Positions 13,605 to 22,753 of a stretch of 64,000 nucleotides of DNA are shown piece by piece. This DNA is from Escherichia coli. Its GTDB lineage: Bacteria > Pseudomonadota > Gammaproteobacteria > Enterobacterales > Enterobacteriaceae. Each line of letters opens with the position of its first letter. Position 1 is the stretch's first letter. Location of the stretch: the NCBI RefSeq assembly GCF_024223415.1, contig NZ_CP100500.1; one strand, written 5' to 3'. The translations under genes and the position numbers were made by a program. A model generated the notes under the pieces. The model made no database searches, was not told the origin of the DNA, and saw nothing but the letters and a program-made list of their open reading frames with translations.

Positions 13605-14663
13605 GTGCGTGCCGATAAGTCATTAAGCCCGTTTGAAATCCGGGTATACCGCCATTACCGCATTGTGCATGGTACTCGGGTCGCGCTGGCATTCCTGCTC
13701 ACTTTTCTCATTATCCGCCTGTTTACTATCCCGGAAAGCACCTGGCCGCTGGTCACCATGGTGGTGATTATGGGGCCAATCTCGTTCTGGGGGAACGTTG
13801 TCCCTCGCGCATTCGAACGTATTGGCGGTACGGTGTTGGGGTCGATTTTAGGTCTTATCGCTCTGCAACTGGAGTTAATCTCGTTACCGCTGATGTTAGT
13901 CTGGTGCGCGGCGGCTATGTTTCTTTGCGGTTGGCTGGCGCTGGGCAAGAAACCGTATCAAGGTTTATTGATTGGGGTGACGCTGGCAATTGTTGTTGGT
14001 TCCCCGACAGGTGAAATTAATACGGCGTTATGGCGAAGCGGCGATGTGATCCTCGGCTCTTTACTGGCAATGTTGTTTACCGGTATCTGGCCACAACGGG
14101 CGTTCATCCACTGGCGCATTCAACTGGCGAAAAGTCTGACCGAGTATAATCGGGTCTATCAATCTGCATTCTCACCGAACTTACTCGAACGCCCACGTCT
14201 GGAAAGCCATCTACAAAAACTCCTGACCGATGCCGTGAAAATGCGTGGGCTGATTGCGCCCGCCAGCAAAGAAACCCGTATTCCAAAATCGATATATGAA
14301 GGTATCCAGACCATTAACCGCAATCTGGTTTGTATGCTGGAGTTGCAAATCAATGCGTACTGGGCCACGCGCCCCAGCCATTTCGTGTTATTGAGCGCGC
14401 AAAAACTTCGTGATACCCAGCACATGATGCAGCAAATACTGCTGAGCCTTGTTCATGCGCTGTACGAAGGTAATCCGCAGCCGGTTTTTGCCAATACGGA
14501 AAAATTGAACGATGCTGTGGAAGAGCTGCGTCAGTTGCTCAATAACCACCATGACCTGAAGGTAGTGGAAACACCAATCTATGGTTATGTGTGGCTGAAC
14601 ATGGAAACGGCGCATCAGCTTGAGTTGCTATCGAATCTGATTTGCCGGGCCTTGCGCAAATAA
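13605..14663 (+). CDS. yeeA: Inner membrane protein YeeA (FUSC-like)
   Basis: 352-aa ORF with several hydrophobic helices; synteny. Confidence 0.85.
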   Translation: MRADKSLSPFEIRVYRHYRIVHGTRVALAFLLTFLIIRLFTIPESTWPLVTMVVIMGPISFWGNVVPRAFERIGGTVLGSILGLIALQLELISLPLMLVWCAAAMFLCGWLALGKKPYQGLLIGVTLAIVVGSPTGEINTALWRSGDVILGSLLAMLFTGIWPQRAFIHWRIQLAKSLTEYNRVYQSAFSPNLLERPRLESHLQKLLTDAVKMRGLIAPASKETRIPKSIYEGIQTINRNLVCMLELQINAYWATRPSHFVLLSAQKLRDTQHMMQQILLSLVHALYEGNPQPVFANTEKLNDAVEELRQLLNNHHDLKVVETPIYGYVWLNMETAHQLELLSNLICRALRK

Positions 14664-14834
14664 TTCCTGAACTTCAGAATCATCTTGCTGCTGCTTCGAT
14701 TCAGCAAGGATAAAGGGTATGATAGTGAAAAGGGATAAAAGCATTGTCATCTGCGGCAGCTATGAGTAATGTTGGCCCTAACGAATAGCGGTTGCTTAAA
14801 CGAATCCGACTCTCACATTATCAGGGGTATAAAA

Positions 14835-15164
14835 ATGGAAACTACCAAGCCTTCATTCCAGGACGTACTGGAATTTGTTCGTCTGTTCCGTCGTAAGAAC
14901 AAACTGCAACGTGAAATTCAGGACGTTGAGAAAAAGATCCGTGACAACCAGAAGCGCGTCCTGCTGCTGGACAACCTGAGCGATTACATCAAGCCTGGGA
15001 TGAGCGTTGAAGCAATCCAGGGCATCATCGCCAGCATGAAAGGTGACTATGAAGATCGCGTTGACGATTACATCATCAAAAATGCCGAGCTCTCCAAAGA
15101 ACGCCGCGATATCTCCAAAAAGCTGAAAGCTATGGGCGAAATGAAAAACGGCGAAGCGAAGTAA
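14835..15164 (+). CDS. yeeX: DUF496/UPF0265 protein YeeX
   Basis: ORF 14769..15164; 109-aa product from [23 protein letters not shown] (ATG 14835). Confidence 0.9.
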   Translation: METTKPSFQDVLEFVRLFRRKNKLQREIQDVEKKIRDNQKRVLLLDNLSDYIKPGMSVEAIQGIIASMKGDYEDRVDDYIIKNAELSKERRDISKKLKAMGEMKNGEAK

Positions 15165-15177
15165 TTCCCGTTTTATT

Positions 15178-15204
15178 CAATGAGGGTTGCCCGGCAACCC
15201 TCAT
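15178..15204 (+). terminator. Palindromic terminator after yeeX
   Basis: aatgagggttgcccggcaaccctcatt, perfect 13-bp arms. Confidence 0.7.
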
Positions 15205-15264
15205 TGCTCATTGATTCTTATCTGTGTATCACCGTCATCATTCTCATCTGAGAACCAATCGAAA

Positions 15265-15495
15265 TTAACAACAGCCTTCTTCTGTATGCAGCAAGGCAAA
15301 AAGTTCTGTAACTCCATTGTTATTAACTGCACTGGTTACTAACACGTTGTGCGCTCCAGCTTCCCGTAACCAACTTTTCACCAAAGATATTTGTTCCATG
15401 CTGGCTAAATCTGCTTTGGTTACTACTCCAATGACCGGGTGATTCATGGCCCGGTAGGGCGTTTTTACCTCTAATTCCTGCTTCAGCACTGAGAT
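15265..15495 (-). pseudogene. 3' fragment of an EutP/PduV-like GTPase gene (island-edge remnant)
   Basis: Minus-strand translation ...GISVLKQELEVKTPYRAMNHPVIGVVTKADLASMEQISLVKSWLREAGAHNVLVTSAVNNNGVTELFALL; no N-terminal P-loop region present. Confidence 0.5.
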
Positions 15496-15504
15496 TCCTG
15501 CTTG

Positions 15505-15677
15505 TTGCCGGAAAAGCAGGCACCTGCCGTCTGAACGGTATCGATCCGGAAGCGTATCTGCGCCATATTCTGAGCATACTGCCGGAATGGCCCTCCAACC
15601 GTGTTGACGAACTCCTGCCATGGAACGTAGTTCTCACCAATAAATAAGCGTCAATACGGTGCTCCGTTGACGCTTAC
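15505..15677 (+). mobile_element. IS66-family 3' remnant: last ~45 codons of the transposase plus terminal inverted repeat ending ...CGCTTAC
   Basis: Translates ...LNGIDPEAYLRHILSILPEWPSNRVDELLPWNVVLTNK*, similar to the C-terminus of the intact copy at 29821..31356; inverted partner at 45289. Confidence 0.75.
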
Positions 15678-15877
15678 TTTAATCCGTTTTCTGAGCTTAG
15701 ATTTTTCTGTTCCTACCCAGACCGTGGATTTGGAATTCATTTTTTGTCAGGTCAATGCTAATCGTTAAAACGGCCATAACGCACCTCCACTGGAAGGTTT
15801 ATCAGTAATATCCTACCGTTGCTTCATGGTCGGGGCGTCCATTCCATTATTATCGGTTTTCCTTTCTGTTTATAAAT

Positions 15878-15905
15878 GAAAACGCCAGCTGTATTCAGGC
15901 TGGCG
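15878..15905 (-). terminator. Hairpin downstream of yeeW (possible terminator)
   Basis: cgccagctgtattcaggctggcg with a short A/T run. Confidence 0.4.
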
Positions 15906-16061
15906 TCAGGGGAAATGAAGCCTGTTGAGTGAGATTCACCGGTTCTGGTGCAGAAGCTGCAGATGGCGCAGGGTAAGGACATCTTCTCTTGCCTGCTTAA
16001 TACAGGACAACAGTGCTGTTTCTGTGGTTAATGGCACTATACCCTGCATCACTGCATTGTC

Positions 16062-16256
16062 TTACAGCAACTGGTGAGGGCTGGCATAAGTTGCCGGTGT
16101 TTCGGTAGAGTCACGGTCATCCACCACGCGGAGTGAATAACCTTTTTCAGCGGCCTTATTAATCAGTTCAGTGATATTAACACCATCAATGTCAACGGCA
16201 ATGTGCCCCATATCCAGCGCCTGTACGTTAACGCTGTCGGCTTCCAGTGTCATCAT
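16062..16256 (-). CDS. yeeW: Small prophage protein YeeW
   Basis: 64-aa ORF directly downstream of cbtA; start overlaps cbtA stop. Confidence 0.7.
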   Translation of the reverse strand: MMTLEADSVNVQALDMGHIAVDIDGVNITELINKAAEKGYSLRVVDDRDSTETPATYASPHQLL

Positions 16257-16626
16257 TTCGCCTCCGGATACTTACCCAGGGTAATGTTATTTACCGTTCT
16301 GTAATTGTCGCGGGTCATCAGGCCGGTCGCCCTGCGAGCCCGGAGGATATCGATGCTGTTTATTAACTGAGAGCGGGTACAGGCGCTGAATCCCGGCTGG
16401 TCGGTAGCACCAGCGCGTATTTTTCCACGAGAAAGTTCACCGCATCACACAGTGAAATGCCTGCCTCAATATGCTGCTCAATCACACGTTCATCGGCAAA
16501 AGGTGTGTCATTCAGTGTGAGGCCATAGTGCTGGTCCAGCAGTCGGGACAGCAGTATCTGCCAGATTTCAACAGGAGACGGGCGAGAACTGGTCGCCTGC
16601 CCGGGTAATACAGGTAATGTTTTCAT
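16253..16626 (-). pseudogene. cbtA: CbtA (YeeV) type IV toxin gene with a frameshift after codon ~80
   Basis: ORF 16363..16626 gives [36 protein letters not shown]...EKYALV then [14 protein letters not shown]; the +1 frame continues [50 protein letters not shown]. Confidence 0.8.
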
Positions 16627-16714
16627 ACTGAAGATTTTCCTGATATGCAGATATAAAAATGGAAAAGTGGCGTGGTGAAAACACCAGGCCGTAGCAGAAG
16701 GCTATTCTGGAGAG

Positions 16715-17083
16715 TTAATTTTTCATTTCGGGCGTCGGATAAACAGCCAGATAAACGTAACCACAACTGCTGAGGGTATCGGCTTTGCAGGTCAGCCCTT
16801 TTGCATACAGCGTGACGGTATGCTGATGGCGGGGATTCAGTTCACCGCTGGTGAGCATGAGTTCCAGTTGTTTCATCAGCAGCGGAAAGGCCTGGTCCAG
16901 GTGGTACGCATCTGCATCGCTGAACAGGCCTCTGATACCGGCGCGGTCGGCAAGGTAATGCAACCGGTTACCCTCCTGCACCAGACGTGCCCCGAAACAG
17001 GGCGTCACGGTGCAGGGCAGCCCCCACCAGGGGCGGTCGTGATTGTCGTCGGGAAGTGTTGTCCCGGGGAGTGTGTCTGACAC
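16715..17083 (-). CDS. cbeA: Antitoxin CbeA (YeeU)
   Basis: 122-aa ORF MSDTLPGTTLPDDNHDRPWWGLPCTVTPCFGARLVQEGNRLHYLADRAG... Confidence 0.9.
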   Translation of the reverse strand: MSDTLPGTTLPDDNHDRPWWGLPCTVTPCFGARLVQEGNRLHYLADRAGIRGLFSDADAYHLDQAFPLLMKQLELMLTSGELNPRHQHTVTLYAKGLTCKADTLSSCGYVYLAVYPTPEMKN

Positions 17084-17156
17084 GATAAAATCCTTACAGA
17101 AAATCGGCTAAGAATGGTCCGGTAGTGGCGATAATTCTGCTCATCAGAATTCCCAC

Positions 17157-17378
17157 TCAGTTCAGGGTGACGCTCATCAGCCGGACATACGGACCAAAAC
17201 TGTCCTTACGGCGTTCAGCAAACACGGCCAGCACACCGGGAATATCCTGCACTTCACGACCGGTATACGCTTCAGCACTGCCGTGCCAGCGGTATTTACC
17301 GGTACAGAACGGAAAAAGACGGGATGTCGGATGTTGTTGGTGAATACGCATGGCTTCACCACGGGTGATAATTTTCAT
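17157..17378 (-). CDS. yeeT: Prophage protein YeeT (DUF987)
   Basis: 73-aa ORF MKIITRGEAMRIHQQHPTSRLFPFCTGKYRWHGSAEAYTGREV... Confidence 0.88.
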   Translation of the reverse strand: MKIITRGEAMRIHQQHPTSRLFPFCTGKYRWHGSAEAYTGREVQDIPGVLAVFAERRKDSFGPYVRLMSVTLN

Positions 17379-17440
17379 AATGGGATACCTCTGAAGACAG
17401 AAGATAAAAGTGAAAACAGGTGTGATGTGGTTGTGAAGGG

Positions 17441-17917
17441 TTAAAGCAGACCATGTTCGGCAAAGGAGAAAACCTGGTTGCCACCGACTATCAGATGGTC
17501 CGGCACCCGGATATCCACCAGGCCCAGTGCCTGTACCAGACGTTCCGTGATAAGGCGGTCTGCCTTACTGGGTGTGACTTCACCGGAGGGGTGATTGTGT
17601 GCCAGCACCACGGCAGCGGCATTGTGGTACAGGGCGCGTTTAATCACTTCCCGGGGATGGACTTCCGTGCGGTTGATGGTGCCGGTAAAGAGGGTTTCAC
17701 CGGCAATCAGTTGATTCTGGTTATTCAGATACAGCACCCGGAATTCTTCACGCTCCAGTCCCGCCATGTTCAGAATCAGCCATTCCCGTGCTGCACGGGT
17801 GGAGGTGAAGGCCACGCCGGGTTCATGAAGATGGCGGTCCAGGGTTTTCAGGGCCCGTTGAATGAGGCTGCGCTCGCCGGGCGTCATCTCTCCGGGCAGA
17901 AAGGAAAGTTGTTGCAT
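17441..17917 (-). CDS. yeeS: RadC-like JAB-domain protein YeeS
   Basis: 158-aa ORF (possible start at MTPGER, 17887); HNHPSGEVTPSKAD JAMM-type motif. Confidence 0.88.
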   Translation of the reverse strand: MQQLSFLPGEMTPGERSLIQRALKTLDRHLHEPGVAFTSTRAAREWLILNMAGLEREEFRVLYLNNQNQLIAGETLFTGTINRTEVHPREVIKRALYHNAAAVVLAHNHPSGEVTPSKADRLITERLVQALGLVDIRVPDHLIVGGNQVFSFAEHGLL

Positions 17918-17932
17918 TGTGCTTCTCTCAAT

Positions 17933-18412
17933 TCAGTCGATGATGCGCATAATGGCGCTGCATTCCGGATGCTGCAGGGCGTAATCCCGCAACCGGTAAT
18001 AATGGACCGTCATGGCATAATTCTCCGTACGACAGGCATGATGACTGTACGTCATCAGACAGGCGGCAATACCGGCGGCTTCCGGGCTCATTTCTGCGCG
18101 GTTACCGTTCATGGCATTGAACAGTACCCATGTTTCGTCATCATCGTCATCCGGTTCGGGTGCCATAAATGCCCCGCCGTTGTTCAGGGTGTACAGATTC
18201 CAGATACCACCGCAGTAGTCTTCGCACAGACGGTCCATCCAGCCGAAGACACGGGGCTCCAGGGTCACCCACTGTGGAATGAGGCCAAAATGCTGCGGCC
18301 AGAAGCTGATGCGCTGTTCATCAGGGACGAGGCTGGCAACCAACTGAGGCGGATTATTCTCTGGTGTTGTAGCTGAATAAATTGTGGGGGTATTCTGAGA
18401 AACGGTTTTCAT
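17933..18412 (-). CDS. Antirestriction protein (KlcA/ArdB/YfjX-like)
   Basis: 159-aa ORF with acidic stretch EPDDDDDETW; sits upstream of radC in the position yfjX occupies in CP4-57. Confidence 0.6.
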   Translation of the reverse strand: MKTVSQNTPTIYSATTPENNPPQLVASLVPDEQRISFWPQHFGLIPQWVTLEPRVFGWMDRLCEDYCGGIWNLYTLNNGGAFMAPEPDDDDDETWVLFNAMNGNRAEMSPEAAGIAACLMTYSHHACRTENYAMTVHYYRLRDYALQHPECSAIMRIID

Positions 18413-18493
18413 GAGATAACTCCTTAAATAACAAATAAATGTGTGTTTTTCAGGAACGAAAGCTGAATGATTCCCTCACTCAGGGAAACGGCA

Positions 18494-19315
18494 TCAGCGC
18501 AGGCTCTCCAGCATCGTTTCTGCCATCACCCACAATGCGCGATTGAGCTTAATGTCGGTATCAATGCTGTGAATGGCCCGGGTATGGATACGTTTTCCTT
18601 TTGCACTGCGACCGGAAATCCCGCCTTTCAGCATATTCTCCTGGATGGTCTGATATGCGCTCCACAGGTCCTTACCGTAATCCTCCCGGCGTCGCGGCGT
18701 CAGAATGTCGGCGGTGGTGACGGGCTGATGTTCGTCACCATAACGGTAAGTCAGTGCCGCCTGTGCCAGCGCCTGGCGTGCCGGTGGCGGCAGGACCAGC
18801 GACTGCATGGCATCACGCTTCTCCTCTATCCGGTCAAACACGCCCACCACCTCGTAAGCCCCTTCAATGACTCTGTCCACCACATTTCCCCGGTGCGGAA
18901 CACGCACTTCCCCCAGAGACTGACCACAGACGCAGCCGTTCTGGCAGACGAACCTGAAGTAACCCGGCAGCATCTGGTAGCTGGAGGTACCGTCATGAGA
19001 GTTGAGCAGAATAATTTCAGGGACATGTTCTCCGTTTATCTCTCCGGCCCGCCGCAGACGCAGCATGTGTTTGGTATATTCCCGGCGGCTCTGGTCGCGC
19101 ACACGGGTCTGGCAGGCGAAGAACGGCTGAAAGCCTTCCCGCTGCAGATTTTCCAGGACGGTAATGGTGGGAATGTACGCATACCGTTCACTGCGGGAGG
19201 TGTGCCGGTCTTCCCCAAAAATACTGGGTACATGGCGTATCAGTTCTTCATGTGTCAGCGGACGGTCACGGCGTATCTGGTTTGCAGCATAACCAAAACG
19301 ACTGGCTAATCGCAT
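18494..19315 (-). CDS. DUF932-family protein (YfjQ/YafZ-like)
   Basis: 273-aa ORF; position and size match the DUF932 gene of CP4-type elements. Confidence 0.6.
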   Translation of the reverse strand: MRLASRFGYAANQIRRDRPLTHEELIRHVPSIFGEDRHTSRSERYAYIPTITVLENLQREGFQPFFACQTRVRDQSRREYTKHMLRLRRAGEINGEHVPEIILLNSHDGTSSYQMLPGYFRFVCQNGCVCGQSLGEVRVPHRGNVVDRVIEGAYEVVGVFDRIEEKRDAMQSLVLPPPARQALAQAALTYRYGDEHQPVTTADILTPRRREDYGKDLWSAYQTIQENMLKGGISGRSAKGKRIHTRAIHSIDTDIKLNRALWVMAETMLESLR

Positions 19316-19535
19316 ACTTTGCTCCTTATCGGTGGTTAAGATTTACTGGTGCAATAAATGAAAAAAGCCGCGTCTCCCGGAGAAGACGCGGCCTGACGGG
19401 TGAAATGAATAAGGTTTATTGTCTGAGAGGCCTTTCACTGGCGAGCCACGCATTAAGCGGCTTTCCGGTAACAATGGCTGGGGCTGTATTTACCTTTGAT
19501 ATTAATAATGTGCAGAGAAACGCATGGTTTACTCC

Positions 19536-19946
19536 TTAGATTTTAAGTTTGTCCTGGGCTACAACGACAGGTTTTCCGGATGTGTCGATGACTCCTACCG
19601 TCGGTACGCCATTTTTGATTTCGAAGAACGGTTTGTTGCTACCTGAGCACAGTTGATTGTCCCCGTATTCAATCATTTGTGCTTTCCCGGTTTTCAGGTT
19701 AACTACCGAGACAGTGTAGTCGTAGCACCAGGCACCACCACGTTCAAGCACGAAAACATAGCTGTTATCTTTATAGTTGAACTGATTCTTTGTCTGGCAA
19801 TTCATACCGTCAATTTCGGTACAGGAAAACGCTTCTGTAGTATTAACGTATTTGATGTTATTTGGCAGTTTTACTTGTTTCGCAGTAGCGAAGACAGAGA
19901 ACAGAATAGTTACAGCAACGAGTAAAGTTTTGATAAAAGTTTTCAT
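19536..19946 (-). CDS. Small secreted protein of unknown function (four Cys)
   Basis: 136-aa ORF with signal peptide MKTFIKTLLVAVTILFSVFATA; AT-rich; SD present. Confidence 0.6.
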   Translation of the reverse strand: MKTFIKTLLVAVTILFSVFATAKQVKLPNNIKYVNTTEAFSCTEIDGMNCQTKNQFNYKDNSYVFVLERGGAWCYDYTVSVVNLKTGKAQMIEYGDNQLCSGSNKPFFEIKNGVPTVGVIDTSGKPVVVAQDKLKI

Positions 19947-19961
19947 GATAGACTCCTTAAA

Positions 19962-20450
19962 TTAGTTAAACGCAGCTACGTAGTTTTTCACCAGATACGC
20001 GAATTCATGCACGCCAATTTCACCGAACCAAACCAGGTAGGCCGGGTCATCTAAACCAAAGTAACGGTAGCCAACAACTTCATGGGTTTTTGGGTTATAG
20101 AGTGTTACGATAAAGTCCCAGCCGCAGGTATTGGCTTTGCAACCGTCGCCCTGGAGCCAGACTGTATCGTTAATGTTTACTGGCGTGATACCTCCACCAG
20201 GGCCATCCATATAGCCGCCTTTACCGAACATGCCGCTCAGTCCGACCGGTTTTAATGCTTTGTCGATAGCGGCTTTGTAGGTAGCGTCACCTTCGTACAA
20301 CTCGTACGTTGATGGACACGCTCCAGGTTGTTCAGCCCAGGCTTCCGGGTTACAACTAAGTGCTTGTTTTACGGTAGCCGCTTCTGCGTTAAAGTTAAAG
20401 CCCGTGAACAGAACCGCCAGAAATAACATAAGGGTATGTAAACGTTTCAT
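19962..20450 (-). CDS. Secreted/periplasmic protein of unknown function
   Basis: Signal peptide MKRLHTLMLFLAVLFTGFNFNAEA with GGAAG SD; ORF track extends in frame to 20753 (263 aa) with a second upstream Met at 20645. Confidence 0.55.
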   Translation of the reverse strand: MKRLHTLMLFLAVLFTGFNFNAEAATVKQALSCNPEAWAEQPGACPSTYELYEGDATYKAAIDKALKPVGLSGMFGKGGYMDGPGGGITPVNINDTVWLQGDGCKANTCGWDFIVTLYNPKTHEVVGYRYFGLDDPAYLVWFGEIGVHEFAYLVKNYVAAFN

Positions 20451-20780
20451 TGTAAATATTCTTCCGTTGTAAATGGCGCTGGAAAATTTCTCATCAGTGA
20501 AACCTTCCGGAAGTTTCCCCCCCTTGTATGATGTATATCGCCAGTATTTTATTTCATCCCGGCTGTAATTTTTATATTCCCCGGCACGTGCAATAACGCT
20601 GACCAGAGATATAAGGCTCATTAATAACTTTACAGGTAATTTCATAATTAAATTTCCAGTGAGTGAATTGACAGGTGAGGGGTAAAACTTTCTCTCAGGT
20701 AATATATATCTGAAAATATTTTCAATAACACCAGACAGGAAAAACACCACCACAGGCGGTGGCGTTTCTTTGGGGCGTCT

Positions 20781-21851
20781 TTATTTAATCCGGGCCATCG
20801 CGTTTCTCAGTGCCAAATCTGCCTCTTCCGTTATATCCAGGCTTTTCTGCAATACCGCCTCTGACCGGGTCAGTGCCTGACGTGCTGCCAAGGGGTTCCG
20901 GATATGCTCCATCGTCAGCATCGTGTCTTCATAGCCCTGCTGACGCCAGATGTCGGTATGTGCCGATGTAAAACTGAGCAGACCGCCACTTTTGCCTTCT
21001 TCCCCTGTGTGTTTCAGCCTTTTCCGGGGACGGATTTCAAGGATTGTGGTGTCCGGAAAAGCCCGGCGATCCCATAAAGAACCGTCACTCAGATGCGTCA
21101 CAATCACCATATTGCATCCGGCATCGACCAGAGGCGTTACAGGGGTATTTCCCTGCATATTTCGCCATCCTCCCATCCCACCATCACCGAACATTGTCCC
21201 CTGAACCTCACGGGGATGGAACAACAGGGGCAGTGCGGCTGACGCAAGCAGAGCCTCTTTCTGCTGTCCGCGGGGCAGACTCTGGATATGCTGAAAAACG
21301 GCGTTTTTCGTGGTTCCGGCACCCAGTTCAGCACGAATGCAGTCAATAATATCCTGCATGCCCCCTTCTGTGGGGTACAGCGACACATACAGCGGTAGCC
21401 CGTCTGCCAGAGCATCAGTATCAAGATAATGATCCATCAGCGCTGTCAGAGGCTCATCTGACAACAGCGGCTGAGCCATCGGATTGTCGAAGCCGTTGAT
21501 TATCGATATATGGCGAAGAAGTATCGTAAGCAGTGCTCCTGCACGTCCGGGGATCTGGCAGAGGTTCATTGCCTGGAACAATTTTTTCAGCAATGAAAAG
21601 TAAACCGATCGGTTTACCGACAGCACCTGATTATTCCCCAGATGATCCCAGAGCGCCTCCAGGCGTACGGCAGCTTCTGACAGATCGGGAGAGGCCGCGA
21701 TAATGGCACCATTGAATGCGCCAATGCTGGCCCCTGAAACCATGCTGATCTGTGTACCACACTCTGCCAGTGCCTTAACCACTCCCGCCTGATAAGCGCC
21801 CACCGCCCCGCCACCGGACAGCACCAGCCCCGTTTTCATTTCTGTACTCAT
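20781..21851 (-). CDS. Patatin-like phospholipase
   Basis: 356 aa; oxyanion-hole motif LSGGGAVGAYQAG, GxSxG nucleophile elbow (GASIGA), DGG motif (FGDGGMGG); ATG overlaps stop of upstream gene. Confidence 0.8.
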   Translation of the reverse strand: MSTEMKTGLVLSGGGAVGAYQAGVVKALAECGTQISMVSGASIGAFNGAIIAASPDLSEAAVRLEALWDHLGNNQVLSVNRSVYFSLLKKLFQAMNLCQIPGRAGALLTILLRHISIINGFDNPMAQPLLSDEPLTALMDHYLDTDALADGLPLYVSLYPTEGGMQDIIDCIRAELGAGTTKNAVFQHIQSLPRGQQKEALLASAALPLLFHPREVQGTMFGDGGMGGWRNMQGNTPVTPLVDAGCNMVIVTHLSDGSLWDRRAFPDTTILEIRPRKRLKHTGEEGKSGGLLSFTSAHTDIWRQQGYEDTMLTMEHIRNPLAARQALTRSEAVLQKSLDITEEADLALRNAMARIK

Positions 21852-22753
21852 GCAGCCCCCTTCTGAAATATTTCATCGACCATACTTTCAGAGAGGCGTT
21901 CTGCAGAGCAGAGGCGAGGCATGCGAACCGGTAAGTGTTCTGCAGCCTGCGTGGTTGACCAGATCACCGGATGCTGCTCTTCACTGCACCAGTCTCCCAG
22001 CCAGTTAATCGCGTCATGCCACTCGTTATCTGCCTGCTCCCGGCCCTGACCACCAAGCCAGTCCAGAGTGTTCAGACGCACGGTTGCACTACCGCCACTC
22101 TCCTGTGCCATCTGCGTTAATGCTTTATGTCTGAGAATATCCAGTAGCTGGTTAACCTGGCCTGTTTCGCTCTGACGTATCACATCACCAAACGCGCCCC
22201 AGCGAAGCTCTTCAAGTGCCACATAACAACGTCCGGCAGGGGAAAATGACGCATATCGCCCGGCGCTCCACCATGAGAATATCTGCTCAAGATGTAACTG
22301 CGCCCGCTGAACCTGGTCAACACGGTGGAGTTTTTCTTCAAGATGATTCAGTTTATGGTGAACCTGATCGGCCAGGGTGAGTAACTGCTCCCGCGTATCT
22401 GCGGAATAATGCGCCAGCCTGGCTGTATCACTGACCAGTGAACTGACCCTGTCGTTTACCCGGGTAATCGCGTAGTTTGTGGTGGCAAGTGACGTTGTCA
22501 TCTCCGTCAGCCAGCGCAGGGACGCCTCAACGCCCTGTGCAAGCGACGCATTGATGGCATTCTGCCGTGCAGCGCCTTCGCCGGTCAGCCCCTCTTTTAA
22601 ACGCCGGAAGAACGTGCGCTCTCCGGCCGTGCGGATATGCTCCTGTGCAACATCGATTCCGTTTGCGAAATCAACCACAAATTTTTCAGGAAGACAGGTG
22701 AGTACCTGACATACCCGGTTATCAGCAATTTGTTGAATAAATGGTGAAGTCAC
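21848..22753 (-). CDS. Hypothetical 301-aa helical protein, middle gene of the GTPase-patatin operon
   Basis: No P-loop; likely GTG start overlapping the GTPase stop (GTGA) and stop overlapping patatin start (ATGA). Confidence 0.6.
   Translation of the reverse strand: MTSPFIQQIADNRVCQVLTCLPEKFVVDFANGIDVAQEHIRTAGERTFFRRLKEGLTGEGAARQNAINASLAQGVEASLRWLTEMTTSLATTNYAITRVNDRVSSLVSDTARLAHYSADTREQLLTLADQVHHKLNHLEEKLHRVDQVQRAQLHLEQIFSWWSAGRYASFSPAGRCYVALEELRWGAFGDVIRQSETGQVNQLLDILRHKALTQMAQESGGSATVRLNTLDWLGGQGREQADNEWHDAINWLGDWCSEEQHPVIWSTTQAAEHLPVRMPRLCSAERLSESMVDEIFQKGAA

Noticed and set aside
17453-19309. Long plus-strand ORFs 17453..18376 (307 aa) and 18467..19309 (280 aa)
   Set aside because: They are antisense to yeeS, the antirestriction gene and the DUF932 gene; their translations are low-complexity (Gly/His/Gln-rich) with no motifs.
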